Made by a program: the position numbers and the translations under genes | The notes under the pieces: generated by a model | Database searches by the model: none | What the model saw: the letters and a program-made list of their open reading frames with translations, nothing else | What the model was told of the DNA's origin: nothing | Shown here: positions 1-9,247 of the stretch, one piece after another | Layout: each line of letters begins with the position of its first letter | Numbering within the stretch: the first letter of the stretch is position 1 | Origin: a candidate division FCPU426 bacterium | GTDB taxonomy: Bacteria; Oederibacteriota; JAAXVQ01; JAUVAV01 | Direction of reading: 5' to 3' | Length of the DNA: 64,000 nucleotides | NCBI GenBank assembly: GCA_040756875.1 | Contig: JBFLYH010000001.1 | Span: 320,001 to 384,000 of the forward strand

Positions 1-69
1 TCCGGCGCCCCCATCTGTGCGACGGCCGCCTGCGCCGATGAACTGCTTGCGGAAAGCCAGTGGGATTGA
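1..69 (+). CDS. Possible 3' end of an upstream gene (partial, ...GAPICATAACADELLAESQWD*)
   Basis: Frame 1 is open from the window start to TGA at 67-69, with GC-rich coding-like codons. Too short to assign a function. Confidence 0.3.
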   Translation, partial: SGAPICATAACADELLAESQWD

Positions 70-114
70 TAAAATATGCGTGGATTGAAATCATAAACGT
101 GCAAAGGAGAAGGA

Positions 115-921
115 ATGCGCTTCATCCAATCGGTACTGACGGGTTGCTTTTTCATGGTGGCCGTTTTGGCGCAGCCGGTATTGTCGGCCAAGGCCGACGA
201 CCTTATTTACGAAGGGTCCGTGCCGATCGGGGAATACATCATCGTAGAGGCCGGCAAAGCTTTCAAAGAGAAGTATGGCGTCAATTTCGACGCTATTTAC
301 ACCAGCGGCACGGATGTGGCCCTGAAGTCCCTCCAGGAAAACAAATGCGATGTGGCCGGAATCGCGCGTTCCCTGACGCCCGAAGAGAAGAGTTCTAAAT
401 TTTATTTCCAGATCATCGGGTACGACACCCTGGCCGTGTTCGTGAACGAAAAAAACCGCGTGGAAGGTTTGACGACCGAACAGTTAAGAAGGATTTTTAC
501 GGGCGCGGTCCGGAATTGGCGCGAGGTCGGCGGCGCCGACCTGCCGATCCGCAAGGTGGTGGACGGCACGCCCGGGCGCACCCTCAACAACGAATTTAAA
601 AAGCTGGCCTTGAATAGCGAGGAATATTTCGACGTGGAGATGACGGCCAATCCCCGCGAGCATTTGCTTCAGGTCACCACGGATGTCGCGGTCATCACCT
701 TCGATTCGCTGCCGTTCAAGCCTGAAGGCGCCAAGATCCTCGAGATCGACGGCCACGAAGCCACGGATAAGAATGTCCGCTGGGGCGTCTATCCGCTGAA
801 AAGGCCCTTGCACCTCATGTGCAAAGGCCAACCCCGGGGCAACGTCAAGAAATTCATGCGGTTCATGCTCACGCCCGAAGGCCAGGCGATCGTGGGCAAA
901 GGTTTCGTGAGAGTGAAATAA
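115..921 (+). CDS. PstS-family (PBP2) periplasmic substrate-binding protein
   Basis: Signal peptide; motifs GSV..., SGTDVALKSL, IGYDTLAVFVN.KN.VEGLT..QL..IFTG.V.NW.EVGG.D, YPLKRPL, LTPEGQAIV; RBS aggagaagga upstream. Confidence 0.85.
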   Translation: MRFIQSVLTGCFFMVAVLAQPVLSAKADDLIYEGSVPIGEYIIVEAGKAFKEKYGVNFDAIYTSGTDVALKSLQENKCDVAGIARSLTPEEKSSKFYFQIIGYDTLAVFVNEKNRVEGLTTEQLRRIFTGAVRNWREVGGADLPIRKVVDGTPGRTLNNEFKKLALNSEEYFDVEMTANPREHLLQVTTDVAVITFDSLPFKPEGAKILEIDGHEATDKNVRWGVYPLKRPLHLMCKGQPRGNVKKFMRFMLTPEGQAIVGKGFVRVK

Positions 922-922
922 A

Positions 923-1873
923 TCAGTCCCAATCCGCCATCGCCGCCGCCAGGTGGCTTTCTTTCATCGCGCCCGTTCCGGGGAAATCCGAATCCTGACC
1001 CCAGGTCTGCATCCGCCGCAGATGCCTGCCCGCAGCCAAGCCGGCATTGCGCAGCCAGCGTCCCAGCAGTTTGTCATCCACTTCCGAATGATTGGTTGAA
1101 ACGAACAACGTTCCGTTTTGATTCAATACCTCGAGGCCGGCTTTGATCAGCCGGGGCAAACCGGTTTTGACGGTGAAAACACGCCCTTGGTGTCTGGCAA
1201 ACGACGGCGGATCGAGGATGACGAGGTCGAAACAGTTACTTCGTTTGGCCGCTCCTCTCAGATAAAGGCCGCAATCAGCTGCCACAAATTCGCCATCCTT
1301 GACCGGTAGTTGGTTGAGGCGGTAGTTCTGTTCTCCCCAGGCAAGAACCTTCCGGCTGATGTCCACATTGACCACCTGGCTGGCCCCGCGGCTGCAGGCA
1401 TGAACACCAAAGGCGCAGGTATAGGCGAAGGCATTCAATATTCTGCGGCCTTTGGCCCGCTTGGCCACGCGCAGGCGGTTGGCGCGCATGTCGAGAAACA
1501 GGCCGGGATTGACCGCGTCGCGGAGGTCCACGCGGAAATGCAACCCGTGTTCCGTGATTTCAGTTTGCGGTCCGGCTTCCTCCAACCAGACTTCGGCCCG
1601 GGCGATGCATTCCGCAGCCGGGAGCGTGCGGTTTTTACTTATGATATAAGCGGCGGGAAAGCGGGACCGCACGTACTCGGCCAGCAGGGAAGGGGACAGC
1701 GCCGGGCGGGCGCTGTAGGTTTGGATGAGGAAGTGGCGGTCAAAACGATCCAGGGTGATGCCCGGCAGGCCGTCGCCCTGGCCGTTGACCAGGCGCAGCG
1801 CATTGGTATCCGCCGCCAGCAAAGCGCGGCGGGCGATCGCTTTTTCGACGAGGGCGGCCCGCTGCGGGTCCAT
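923..1873 (-). CDS. Class I SAM-dependent rRNA methyltransferase (RlmI/RlmK-like)
   Basis: RLVNGQGDGLPGITLDRF, GLFLDMRANR, LNAFAYTCAFGV, VNVDIS and FDLVILDPPSF motifs. Confidence 0.9.
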   Translation of the reverse strand: MDPQRAALVEKAIARRALLAADTNALRLVNGQGDGLPGITLDRFDRHFLIQTYSARPALSPSLLAEYVRSRFPAAYIISKNRTLPAAECIARAEVWLEEAGPQTEITEHGLHFRVDLRDAVNPGLFLDMRANRLRVAKRAKGRRILNAFAYTCAFGVHACSRGASQVVNVDISRKVLAWGEQNYRLNQLPVKDGEFVAADCGLYLRGAAKRSNCFDLVILDPPSFARHQGRVFTVKTGLPRLIKAGLEVLNQNGTLFVSTNHSEVDDKLLGRWLRNAGLAAGRHLRRMQTWGQDSDFPGTGAMKESHLAAAMADWD

Positions 1874-2304
1874 CAGCCCTGGGGTTCTGCCAGCCAGTGT
1901 TCGATTTTAGCCTTGATCTGGTCCCGGACCAGCCGGGTTTGCTGCAGGCGCGCTTCATGGGGGCCCGTGAAACGGGAAGGATCCGGGAAGCTCCAGTGCA
2001 GGCGCTTCGCGGGTCCCGGGAAAACGGGGCAGCGTTCCGATTGGGATTCGTCGCAGACCGTGACCACATAGTCGTATTTCCGGCCTCGCCGGTGGAAATC
2101 GAAAACGCTCTTGGTTTGGTTGCCGGAAATATCGATGCCCGCCTCCTGCATGGCTTCGACCACCAGCGGATTGAGCGTTCCCGGCTCCAGGCCGGCGCTC
2201 TCCACTTCGCAGCGGCCCCCGCCCAAGTGTTTCAACCAGGCCTCGGCCATCTGGCTGCGGGCCGAATTGTGGATGCAGACGAACAGGACTTTGATTTTTT
2301 CCAT
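1873..2304 (-). CDS. arsC: Arsenate reductase, LMW-PTP family
   Basis: [18 protein letters not shown]-loop, VVTVCD, CPVFPG and HWSFPDP; 1-nt overlap with the downstream methyltransferase. Confidence 0.9.
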   Translation of the reverse strand: MEKIKVLFVCIHNSARSQMAEAWLKHLGGGRCEVESAGLEPGTLNPLVVEAMQEAGIDISGNQTKSVFDFHRRGRKYDYVVTVCDESQSERCPVFPGPAKRLHWSFPDPSRFTGPHEARLQQTRLVRDQIKAKIEHWLAEPQG

Positions 2305-2587
2305 GCTGTAAACCTCTTCCGGCGAAGTGAAATATACTTGAAGATACTATACTTTGCAGGGATGTCAACCGGGGAATCCGGGAATGAGGATGGGAAAAGG
2401 GTTTGAACGCGATGGACGGTATGGTACGATGCCCACGACGATTTATCGGGAATGAAGCGTATCGGATTGTTTTTTGAGGAATCAACCGTTCTATGACGAC
2501 CTGGCGCGGGCAAAGGGATGAGCTTCCGCCGCTGCATCTCGGGTGAGACTGCGAAAACCAACCCGTGAGATAAAAGGGAATATACTG

Positions 2588-3361
2588 ATGAATCCGGCTG
2601 TTGTCCAAACATCCGAAGTGCTTGCGGTCCGGGTTTTGCGAAAGTCTTTCGGCTCTGTCACCGCGGTGGATGGAATCTCCTTCGAAGTCCGGCCCCGCGA
2701 GATCGTGGGGCTGCTCGGGCCCAATGGCGCGGGAAAGACCACGACCATCAATATGGTGCTCGGCGTGCTCGCCCCCGACGCCGGCGCGATTACGGTGGCC
2801 GGCCTGGATTTGGCCGCCCGCAGGCGCCAGGCCCTGGGGCGCGCCAATTTCGCCGCGGTGTACGCCCCCCTCCCCGGGAACTTGACGGTCGCGCAAAATC
2901 TCCGGATATTCGGGCTCCTGTACGGCGTACGCCGCCTGCGGGAACGCCTGGAGGCGCTGCTGGACCAGTTTGACCTGAAACGCTTCCGGAACGTGAAGTG
3001 CGGCCTGCTTTCCTCCGGGGAACAGACGCGCGTCAGCCTGGCCAAAGCCGTGCTGAACGAACCCCGGCTCCTGCTGCTGGACGAGCCCACCGCCTCCCTC
3101 GATCCGGCCACGGCGCGGGATGTGCGGGCCCAGATCCGGGAGTTCGCCGACCGGGGCGACTGCGGCGTGCTCTGGACCTCGCATAATATGTACGAAGTCG
3201 CGGAAGTATGCGACCGCGTGTTCTTTCTGTCCCGCGGCCGCATTCTGCTCGCCGGTGATCCCCGGACCCTGCCTCAGGAGCACGGCAAGACCACCCTCGA
3301 GGACCTGTTTGTCGCCGTGGCCCGAGAACCCCTGACCCTCGGGCCGGCGGAGGGCGCATGA
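2588..3361 (+). CDS. ABC-2 type exporter ATP-binding protein
   Basis: Walker A GPNGAGKTT, signature LSSGEQTR, Walker B LLLLDEPT, SH switch. ATG at 2588 preferred over the track start 2543. Confidence 0.9.
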   Translation: MNPAVVQTSEVLAVRVLRKSFGSVTAVDGISFEVRPREIVGLLGPNGAGKTTTINMVLGVLAPDAGAITVAGLDLAARRRQALGRANFAAVYAPLPGNLTVAQNLRIFGLLYGVRRLRERLEALLDQFDLKRFRNVKCGLLSSGEQTRVSLAKAVLNEPRLLLLDEPTASLDPATARDVRAQIREFADRGDCGVLWTSHNMYEVAEVCDRVFFLSRGRILLAGDPRTLPQEHGKTTLEDLFVAVAREPLTLGPAEGA

Positions 3362-4161
3362 ATTTCCGCCGCGTGCTCGCCGTCATGCTCCGTATATACT
3401 TCCTCATGCGGGGAAGCGTCTCGCGCCTGGTGCCGCTCTTTGCCTGGGTGGCCATTGACATCGTGCTCTGGGGGTTCATCACCCGCTACCTCAACACCGT
3501 GGCTTCGCCCGGGTTCAATTTCGTGCCCGCCCTGCTGGGCGCGGTGCTGCTGTGGGATTTCTTCACGCGTGTCATGCAGGGCGTGACCACGGCCTTTCTC
3601 GAGGATGTCTGGACCCGGAATTTTCTCAACGTCTTTTCGACCCCGCTCTCGACCGGCGAATACCTCACCGGCTTGGTGCTGACCAGTTTTGCCACCAGCC
3701 TGATCGGGCTGGCGGTCATGCTGGCGCTTGCCACCCTGGTTTTCGGGTTTTCTTTCCTGGTGTACGGGCTGGCCATCCTGCCGTTTTTATCGGCGCTCTT
3801 CCTGTTCGGCATTGCGCTGGGCATTCTCGGGTGCGCGTTGGTCCTGCGCCTCGGCCCGGCGGCCGAATGGTTCATCTGGCCCATTCCCGCCCTGCTTTCG
3901 CCCTTTGCCGGCGTCTTTTATCCGCTCGCCACCCTGCCGCATTGGATGCAAGGGGTGGCCCGCCTGCTGCCCCCTTCCTACATTTTCGAAAACCTGCGGG
4001 CCATCGTCGCCGGCGGCCAGGCTTCGGGTTCGGCCCTGGGGTGGGCCGCGGGCCTGGCGGTGCTCCACATTGTCGTGGCCGCCTGGGTTTTCAAGCGCGT
4101 CTACCGGAACGCCGTGCGCAGCGGACTCCTGGCCCGGTACAGCGCCGAATCCGTCAGCTGA
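3358..4161 (+). CDS. ABC-2 type exporter permease
   Basis: About 6 hydrophobic segments, GVFYP...LPHWMQ..ARLLP motif, ATGA overlap with the ATPase gene. Confidence 0.9.
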   Translation: MNFRRVLAVMLRIYFLMRGSVSRLVPLFAWVAIDIVLWGFITRYLNTVASPGFNFVPALLGAVLLWDFFTRVMQGVTTAFLEDVWTRNFLNVFSTPLSTGEYLTGLVLTSFATSLIGLAVMLALATLVFGFSFLVYGLAILPFLSALFLFGIALGILGCALVLRLGPAAEWFIWPIPALLSPFAGVFYPLATLPHWMQGVARLLPPSYIFENLRAIVAGGQASGSALGWAAGLAVLHIVVAAWVFKRVYRNAVRSGLLARYSAESVS

Positions 4162-4294
4162 AGCATGCCGCCCGGCCCGGTCATTTTCGGGTTGTCTGCT
4201 GCAACTTGAAATGGCACAATGAAACGCATCATGGCTGGGACGATGCCCACTCTTGCCCACGCCGGCTGCAGCATAATTCCGAGGAGGGAACCAG

Positions 4295-6127
4295 ATGCCG
4301 AATGTAAACCGTATTCCCCGTTTGATGGCAGGCGCAGCCCTTTTACTGCTGTGCGCCGCCGGAGCGGGGGCCGCCACGTATGACGTGACCAGCATCGAGG
4401 ATTCGGGAGCCAACACCCTGCGGTCGGCCATCGCCCAAGCCAATGCCAGCACGGGGGTGGTGGATACGATCAACCTCGCGGTCTCCAATTCCATTACCGT
4501 GTTTTCGGCCTTGAGCGTCACGGACCCGGTGGTCATCCAGGGAAACGGCACCACCCTGGGCGCTTTGAACCAGAATTTTATCGTCTTGAATATGGGGATT
4601 GGTTCGAACGGCAGCGTAGTCCAGGACCTGGCCCTGGTCAGCGGCGGCACGGGTCTGAACGTCCTTTCGTCCGGCAACACCATTCTGGCCTGCTGCTGCG
4701 GCACGGATTGGTCCGGCGCCGCCAACCGCGGCAACACCACGGGCGCCTGGATCGCCGGCGACCACAACATCATCGGCGGCAGCGCGGCCGGGCAGGGCTG
4801 CGTCTTCTCCGGCAATTACCTCGTCGGCCTGCTGGTGGACGGGCAATACAACCGCATCCAGGGCAGTATCATCGGCCTGAATCCCGGCGGTACCGCGCAG
4901 TTGCGCAACGGCGGCGTCGGGCTGAATATCAGCGACCACCGCAACATCGTCGGCGGCCTGGCGGCGGGGGAGGGCAACGTGGTGTCCGGCAACGGCAGCC
5001 AGGGGCTCAACCTCACGGGCGATTACTGCTTGATTTTGGGCAATTACTTCAGTTTCAGTCAGGCCGGGGATCTGGTCATTCAAAACGGCAACAATACGGA
5101 CATGATTGGTTACGGTGCCTACGGTTGGTATGAAGGAAATCATTTCGGCCGGCGGATGTTTTTCCTGAACAGCGGGGCCATCGGCAACACGATGGTTGCC
5201 AATGTGGTGGGTATGTTTCCGGACGGCAGCGGGTTCTCCGGTTCCGCCTACAATGGCATTTATCTGGGTGGGTCCAGCGGTCCGACGGATAACTGCATCG
5301 GATTGCCCAACGGCAATGGCAATCTGTTCGCCGATACCAGCGGCCCGGGTGTTTATATCTCCGGGGCCACGGCCCTGCGAAACAGCGTGATGAGCAATAC
5401 GATCGTGGCCTGCGGCAATCTCCCCGTCTTTTTGGAAAACGGTTCGAACCAGGGGCAACTGCCGCCGGTGGTGATCGCCGCTGCCCCCGGAGGGCCGGTC
5501 CGCGGAACCGCGGATCCGGGTGAATACATCGAGGTGTTTTTGGCCGAGGGCAACGCCGCCAACGACGGCACCGTGCAATACCTCGGCTATGCGGTAGCCA
5601 ACGGGTCCGGAATCTGGCAGCTGAACTCGGCGGCGGTCGTTTTGGGGCAATACGTCTGCGCCCTGGCCACGGACGCTCAAAACAACACCTCCCAACTTTC
5701 TGCGAAAGTCCAGGTCCAGATGCCCACGGCCACACCCACGGCCACGGTCACGCCGACGATCAGCGCCACGCCGACGATCACCCCCACTCCCACGCTGACG
5801 CCCACGGCCACGGTTACATCCACCGCTACGGCCACCCCCACCTCGGCGCTGGCCGGCCTGGATCTGGGCGGCAAAGCGGCCCTGACCTTTCCCAATCCGG
5901 GCCGGAAGCAGATCACTTTTGCAGTCAACCTTCTCCAGCTTGCGACGGTCAAAGTGGTGCTCTACAATCTGTCCGGCGAACGGGTCGCGGAACTATCATC
6001 TGAATTCGGGAGCGGGACCCAAGGCTTGGTTTGGAACTGCGCCGACGCGGCGCCGGGTGTGTACCTCGCGCGGATCTTGGTCAACGGCGATGAGAAAGCC
6101 ACGCTTAAAGTGGCGGTGGTAAAATGA
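4295..6127 (+). CDS. Secreted parallel beta-helix protein with Pro/Thr linker and T9SS-type-A/FlgD-like C-terminal domain
   Basis: Signal peptide; VTSIEDSGANTLRSAI start; repeated NIIGG...GN(V/C)VSGN units; TPTATVTPTISATPT linker; FPNP...IYNLSGERV-like and PGVYLARI...KVAVVK C-terminus. Confidence 0.8.
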   Translation: MPNVNRIPRLMAGAALLLLCAAGAGAATYDVTSIEDSGANTLRSAIAQANASTGVVDTINLAVSNSITVFSALSVTDPVVIQGNGTTLGALNQNFIVLNMGIGSNGSVVQDLALVSGGTGLNVLSSGNTILACCCGTDWSGAANRGNTTGAWIAGDHNIIGGSAAGQGCVFSGNYLVGLLVDGQYNRIQGSIIGLNPGGTAQLRNGGVGLNISDHRNIVGGLAAGEGNVVSGNGSQGLNLTGDYCLILGNYFSFSQAGDLVIQNGNNTDMIGYGAYGWYEGNHFGRRMFFLNSGAIGNTMVANVVGMFPDGSGFSGSAYNGIYLGGSSGPTDNCIGLPNGNGNLFADTSGPGVYISGATALRNSVMSNTIVACGNLPVFLENGSNQGQLPPVVIAAAPGGPVRGTADPGEYIEVFLAEGNAANDGTVQYLGYAVANGSGIWQLNSAAVVLGQYVCALATDAQNNTSQLSAKVQVQMPTATPTATVTPTISATPTITPTPTLTPTATVTSTATATPTSALAGLDLGGKAALTFPNPGRKQITFAVNLLQLATVKVVLYNLSGERVAELSSEFGSGTQGLVWNCADAAPGVYLARILVNGDEKATLKVAVVK

Positions 6128-6807
6128 GGAAACCGCTGGCCGCGCTTGGCTGCCTGTTGGGGATTGCGATCCTGGCAGCCGGCTGCGCCACCCGCGGCCC
6201 CCTAGCCAGCCTTCGCCCGCAGCCGGGCAAGGCGCTGGTAGTGGGCCGGGTTGAAGTTTACTACAACCAAAAACTCCGGAATGAACAGGTTGAACTCCGG
6301 TTCAAGCAACTGACCAGGGTGGCCAAGGACAATACGTTTTATTACGGCCCGGGTGAAGCCGGTCCGAACATTCCCCAACCATACGGGTTGGATGCCTCAG
6401 GGCTACTGGTACTGGCTTTGGAGCCGGGCGAGTGGATCCTGGAACGCATTTTGTGCCATTTGGGTGAAAACCGGGGTGACATGCTTTATGCCTTTTACCG
6501 GGAAAACCCGGTCTTCAATCTGCCGCAGGCTGGAAAAGTTTATTACCTGGGGGACCTCAACATTCGCTGGCAGGGGCCGGAGACCAAGGATTGGGACCTT
6601 TTCAGGACGCTGGATCCCACCGCCCGCCCGGTCAACGACGGCGAGTTGCAGCTTGAAATAAGCGAGGACGCGGAGGGGTTGAGAACGGAACTTAACCGGC
6701 GGTATGGCGCGGTGCCGGAATGGGAGCACGCCGTGCCTGCGATCCAAACGTCCGTTGCCCCTGCCGGGAATACGGTTCCGGCGCAGACGGTTCCGGATTC
6801 CCAGTAG
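6124..6807 (+). CDS. Hypothetical lipoprotein
   Basis: Lipobox LAAGC after a hydrophobic stretch; ATGA-type coupling to the upstream gene; GKVYYLGDL motif. Confidence 0.75.
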   Translation: MRKPLAALGCLLGIAILAAGCATRGPLASLRPQPGKALVVGRVEVYYNQKLRNEQVELRFKQLTRVAKDNTFYYGPGEAGPNIPQPYGLDASGLLVLALEPGEWILERILCHLGENRGDMLYAFYRENPVFNLPQAGKVYYLGDLNIRWQGPETKDWDLFRTLDPTARPVNDGELQLEISEDAEGLRTELNRRYGAVPEWEHAVPAIQTSVAPAGNTVPAQTVPDSQ

Positions 6808-6869
6808 AAAATATGGTATAATACCTGCCGCATTGCCGTGCGTGTGGGCAGCGAGTCCGCAAGGGAGGA

Positions 6870-7136
6870 ATGACTATGTCGAAATATCTGTGGTTGCCGC
6901 TGTTGCTGGTGCTGGGAACGATGACCGGTTGTTCGAGCATGAACGTGTCGTTGGGCGGGGAACTCGGAGGCGCCTCCTTGGGCGCCAATGTCGATCCGCT
7001 GAACAAGAACGTGAACGTCAATGCCGGCAAGACCATCAAAACCGGCGGCGTCGAGACCACGGTCAACACATCCACCGACGGCTCGGGCGTCGGCATGGAC
7101 ACGGATGTGCAATACGACCCGGACGCGGAAGAATAA
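6870..7136 (+). CDS. Small hypothetical lipoprotein
   Basis: RBS gggagga, lipobox MTGC, beta-strand-like alternating G/V/N pattern. Confidence 0.65.
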   Translation: MTMSKYLWLPLLLVLGTMTGCSSMNVSLGGELGGASLGANVDPLNKNVNVNAGKTIKTGGVETTVNTSTDGSGVGMDTDVQYDPDAEE

Positions 7137-7283
7137 CGTTCTTTCCCGAAAACGAACAAAGGGGCCCGGCCGGTTGGGTTCATAGCCACCGCCGGCCGGA
7201 TCCCGGGAAGTCCGCCGCATTTACACCCCGCCCTGCCTTCGCAACCCTCCGCAGGTTGACCAGCCCTCATGCCAAGCTAGAGA

Positions 7284-8762
7284 TCAGATTTTTTCGAAGA
7301 TTTTGCGAAAATGAAACCCGTAAATGGCGAGGGTGACGGCCAGAGGAAAATGGCGCGGTTTGCGAAACAGCGACCAGAGCAGCAATTTCCAATACTGCAG
7401 GCGCTCTTTGCCGATGATGCCCAGGCGGACAATAGATTTGAAAAAAGCCGCCAGGGTGACGAATTCGAAATGGTAATGGCGGCGCGCCGGCGAACGGTAT
7501 TCTTTCAGGAAACGGATAATGCGGGCGTAATAATTAGCCGGCGCGTAAATATGAGTGACGATTTTCCGGTATCCCGCCAGGAGGGCGTCTCGGTTCATCC
7601 GGGGTTTGAAATTCAAGGAATAGTTGGTATTGTCTCCGGAGGAGGTCTGAACCAGGCGTTGTTCCTTTTCCAATTTGGCGTGCAGCCGGGTGCCTTTCAT
7701 CGCGTTGAGCAGCCCGACCATGGCGGTGACAATGCCGCTTTGCTGGATGAAGGCGATGGTGCTGTCGAAGATGGAAGCCGGGTCGTTATCGAACCCGACG
7801 ATAAACCCCGCCTGCACCTGCAATCCCGCTTGCTGGCATTTTTGCACCGCGGCCAGCAGATCCCGGTTTTTATTTTGGGTTTTCGAGCATTCGGCCAGGC
7901 TGGCCTCGTTGGGCGATTCGATCCCGATGAAGACCATGTTAAACCCGGCCTTCACCAGCAGCGGCAACAGCTCGTCGTCGTCCGCCAGGTTGATGGATGT
8001 TTGCGTTAAAAAAGTGAAGGGATGGCGGTGGCGTTCCATCCACTCGCTGATGGCCGGCAGGATGGAATGCTTCAGTTTTTGCGTGTTGCCGATGAAGTTA
8101 TCGTCTACGAAGAAGACCGGGCCGCGCCAGCCACGCTGGTAAAGGCGGTCAAGCTCCTCGAGCACCTGCGCCCGGCTTTTGGTTCGGCTGCGGCAGCCAT
8201 AGAGCACCGTAATGTCGCAGAAATCACAGTTGAAAGGGCAGCCGCGGGAATATTGGATGCTCATGGCAGCATAGTGCCGTTTGGAAATCAGATTCCATTC
8301 CGGAGGAGGCGAGCTCGTCAGATCGGCCCACTCGGAAGTGGCATAAACCGGCTGCGGGCAGCCGGCTTCCAGGTCCTGCACGAAGCGCGGGAGGGTGATC
8401 TCGGCCTCGTTCAGAACCAAATGATCGATGCCCTGAAAATCGCCGGGGGCCGAGGTGAAGAGCGGTCCGCCGGCCACGATTTTAACCCCGGCCTGACGGC
8501 AGCGCTCGATGACCTTGAGTACGGAGGCGCGCTGGATCGAAATGCCGCTCAGGAAAACGTAATCGGCCCACTGCAAATCCCGGTCCCGCAGGGATTTGAC
8601 GTTCAAATCCACCAGCTTTTTATTCCACGCGGCCGGCAGCTGGGCTGCGATGGTGAGCAGTCCCAGGGGCGGAAACGACGCTTTCTTGGAAATGAAACGC
8701 AGGGCGTATTTAAAACTCCAAAACGTCTGCGGATGCTTGGGGTAAACCAGTAGAATATTCAT
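7284..8762 (-). CDS. B12-binding radical SAM protein (DUF4070-type)
   Basis: MNILLVYP...PPLGLLT N-terminal B12 domain, SRGCPFNCDFC (CxxxCxxC), FFVDDNF, GFIVGFDND. ATG at 8762 has an aaggag RBS. Confidence 0.9.
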   Translation of the reverse strand: MNILLVYPKHPQTFWSFKYALRFISKKASFPPLGLLTIAAQLPAAWNKKLVDLNVKSLRDRDLQWADYVFLSGISIQRASVLKVIERCRQAGVKIVAGGPLFTSAPGDFQGIDHLVLNEAEITLPRFVQDLEAGCPQPVYATSEWADLTSSPPPEWNLISKRHYAAMSIQYSRGCPFNCDFCDITVLYGCRSRTKSRAQVLEELDRLYQRGWRGPVFFVDDNFIGNTQKLKHSILPAISEWMERHRHPFTFLTQTSINLADDDELLPLLVKAGFNMVFIGIESPNEASLAECSKTQNKNRDLLAAVQKCQQAGLQVQAGFIVGFDNDPASIFDSTIAFIQQSGIVTAMVGLLNAMKGTRLHAKLEKEQRLVQTSSGDNTNYSLNFKPRMNRDALLAGYRKIVTHIYAPANYYARIIRFLKEYRSPARRHYHFEFVTLAAFFKSIVRLGIIGKERLQYWKLLLWSLFRKPRHFPLAVTLAIYGFHFRKIFEKI

Positions 8763-8991
8763 GGTGAGAACGCTCCTTGTCAACGCGGGCGGATACGAAC
8801 AGGACATGGGAAGCGGAGAAGTGCTCGACCGAAGAAGTCTCAAGACAGGCTGGTTCGGAGGGCGGTAATCATTGGCGCCAGCGAACGGCGACTCCCGGAG
8901 CGGCGCCAGTGGCCGAAATTGCTCCCCAAACAAGTATACAAGAGCGGCCTGGGAAAAGATAGCCCCGCTTTCGAAGGGACGAAAATAAAGC

Positions 8992-9020
8992 TTGCCATGA
9001 TCCCGCTTCTTTGGTACTGT
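8992..9020 (+). promoter_or_regulatory. Candidate sigma70 promoter for the DEAD-box helicase
   Basis: TTGCCA-17 nt-TACTGT, about 230 nt upstream of the ATG at 9248. Confidence 0.35.
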
Positions 9021-9247
9021 ATATGCCGATAGCGCAGTAATTTGCCTTCCAACCTTCCTTCAGGCTTACCGAGAAAGAGCGGCAGGAAAATTCCCGCTAA
9101 TCAGAACAAAATCCATTGCCGATTCCGTTTTAACGGTCCGTATGGGGAAGACCGGCTTTATGCCGGGCTTCGCCGGGACTGCTGCCAGTTTAGGGCGGTA
9201 GGAGTGGGTTTAAAACCTCGCTTGCTGGCAGGCAAAAAAGGAATGCA

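Noticed and set aside
4211-4228. TGGCAC-containing sigma54-like promoter upstream of 4295
   Set aside because: The GG-to-GC spacing is 11 nt rather than 10, and the TTGC element is missing.
5722-5845. Tandem nucleotide repeats (acgcccacggcc-like)
   Set aside because: Explained by the Pro/Thr-rich protein linker; not an independent DNA element.
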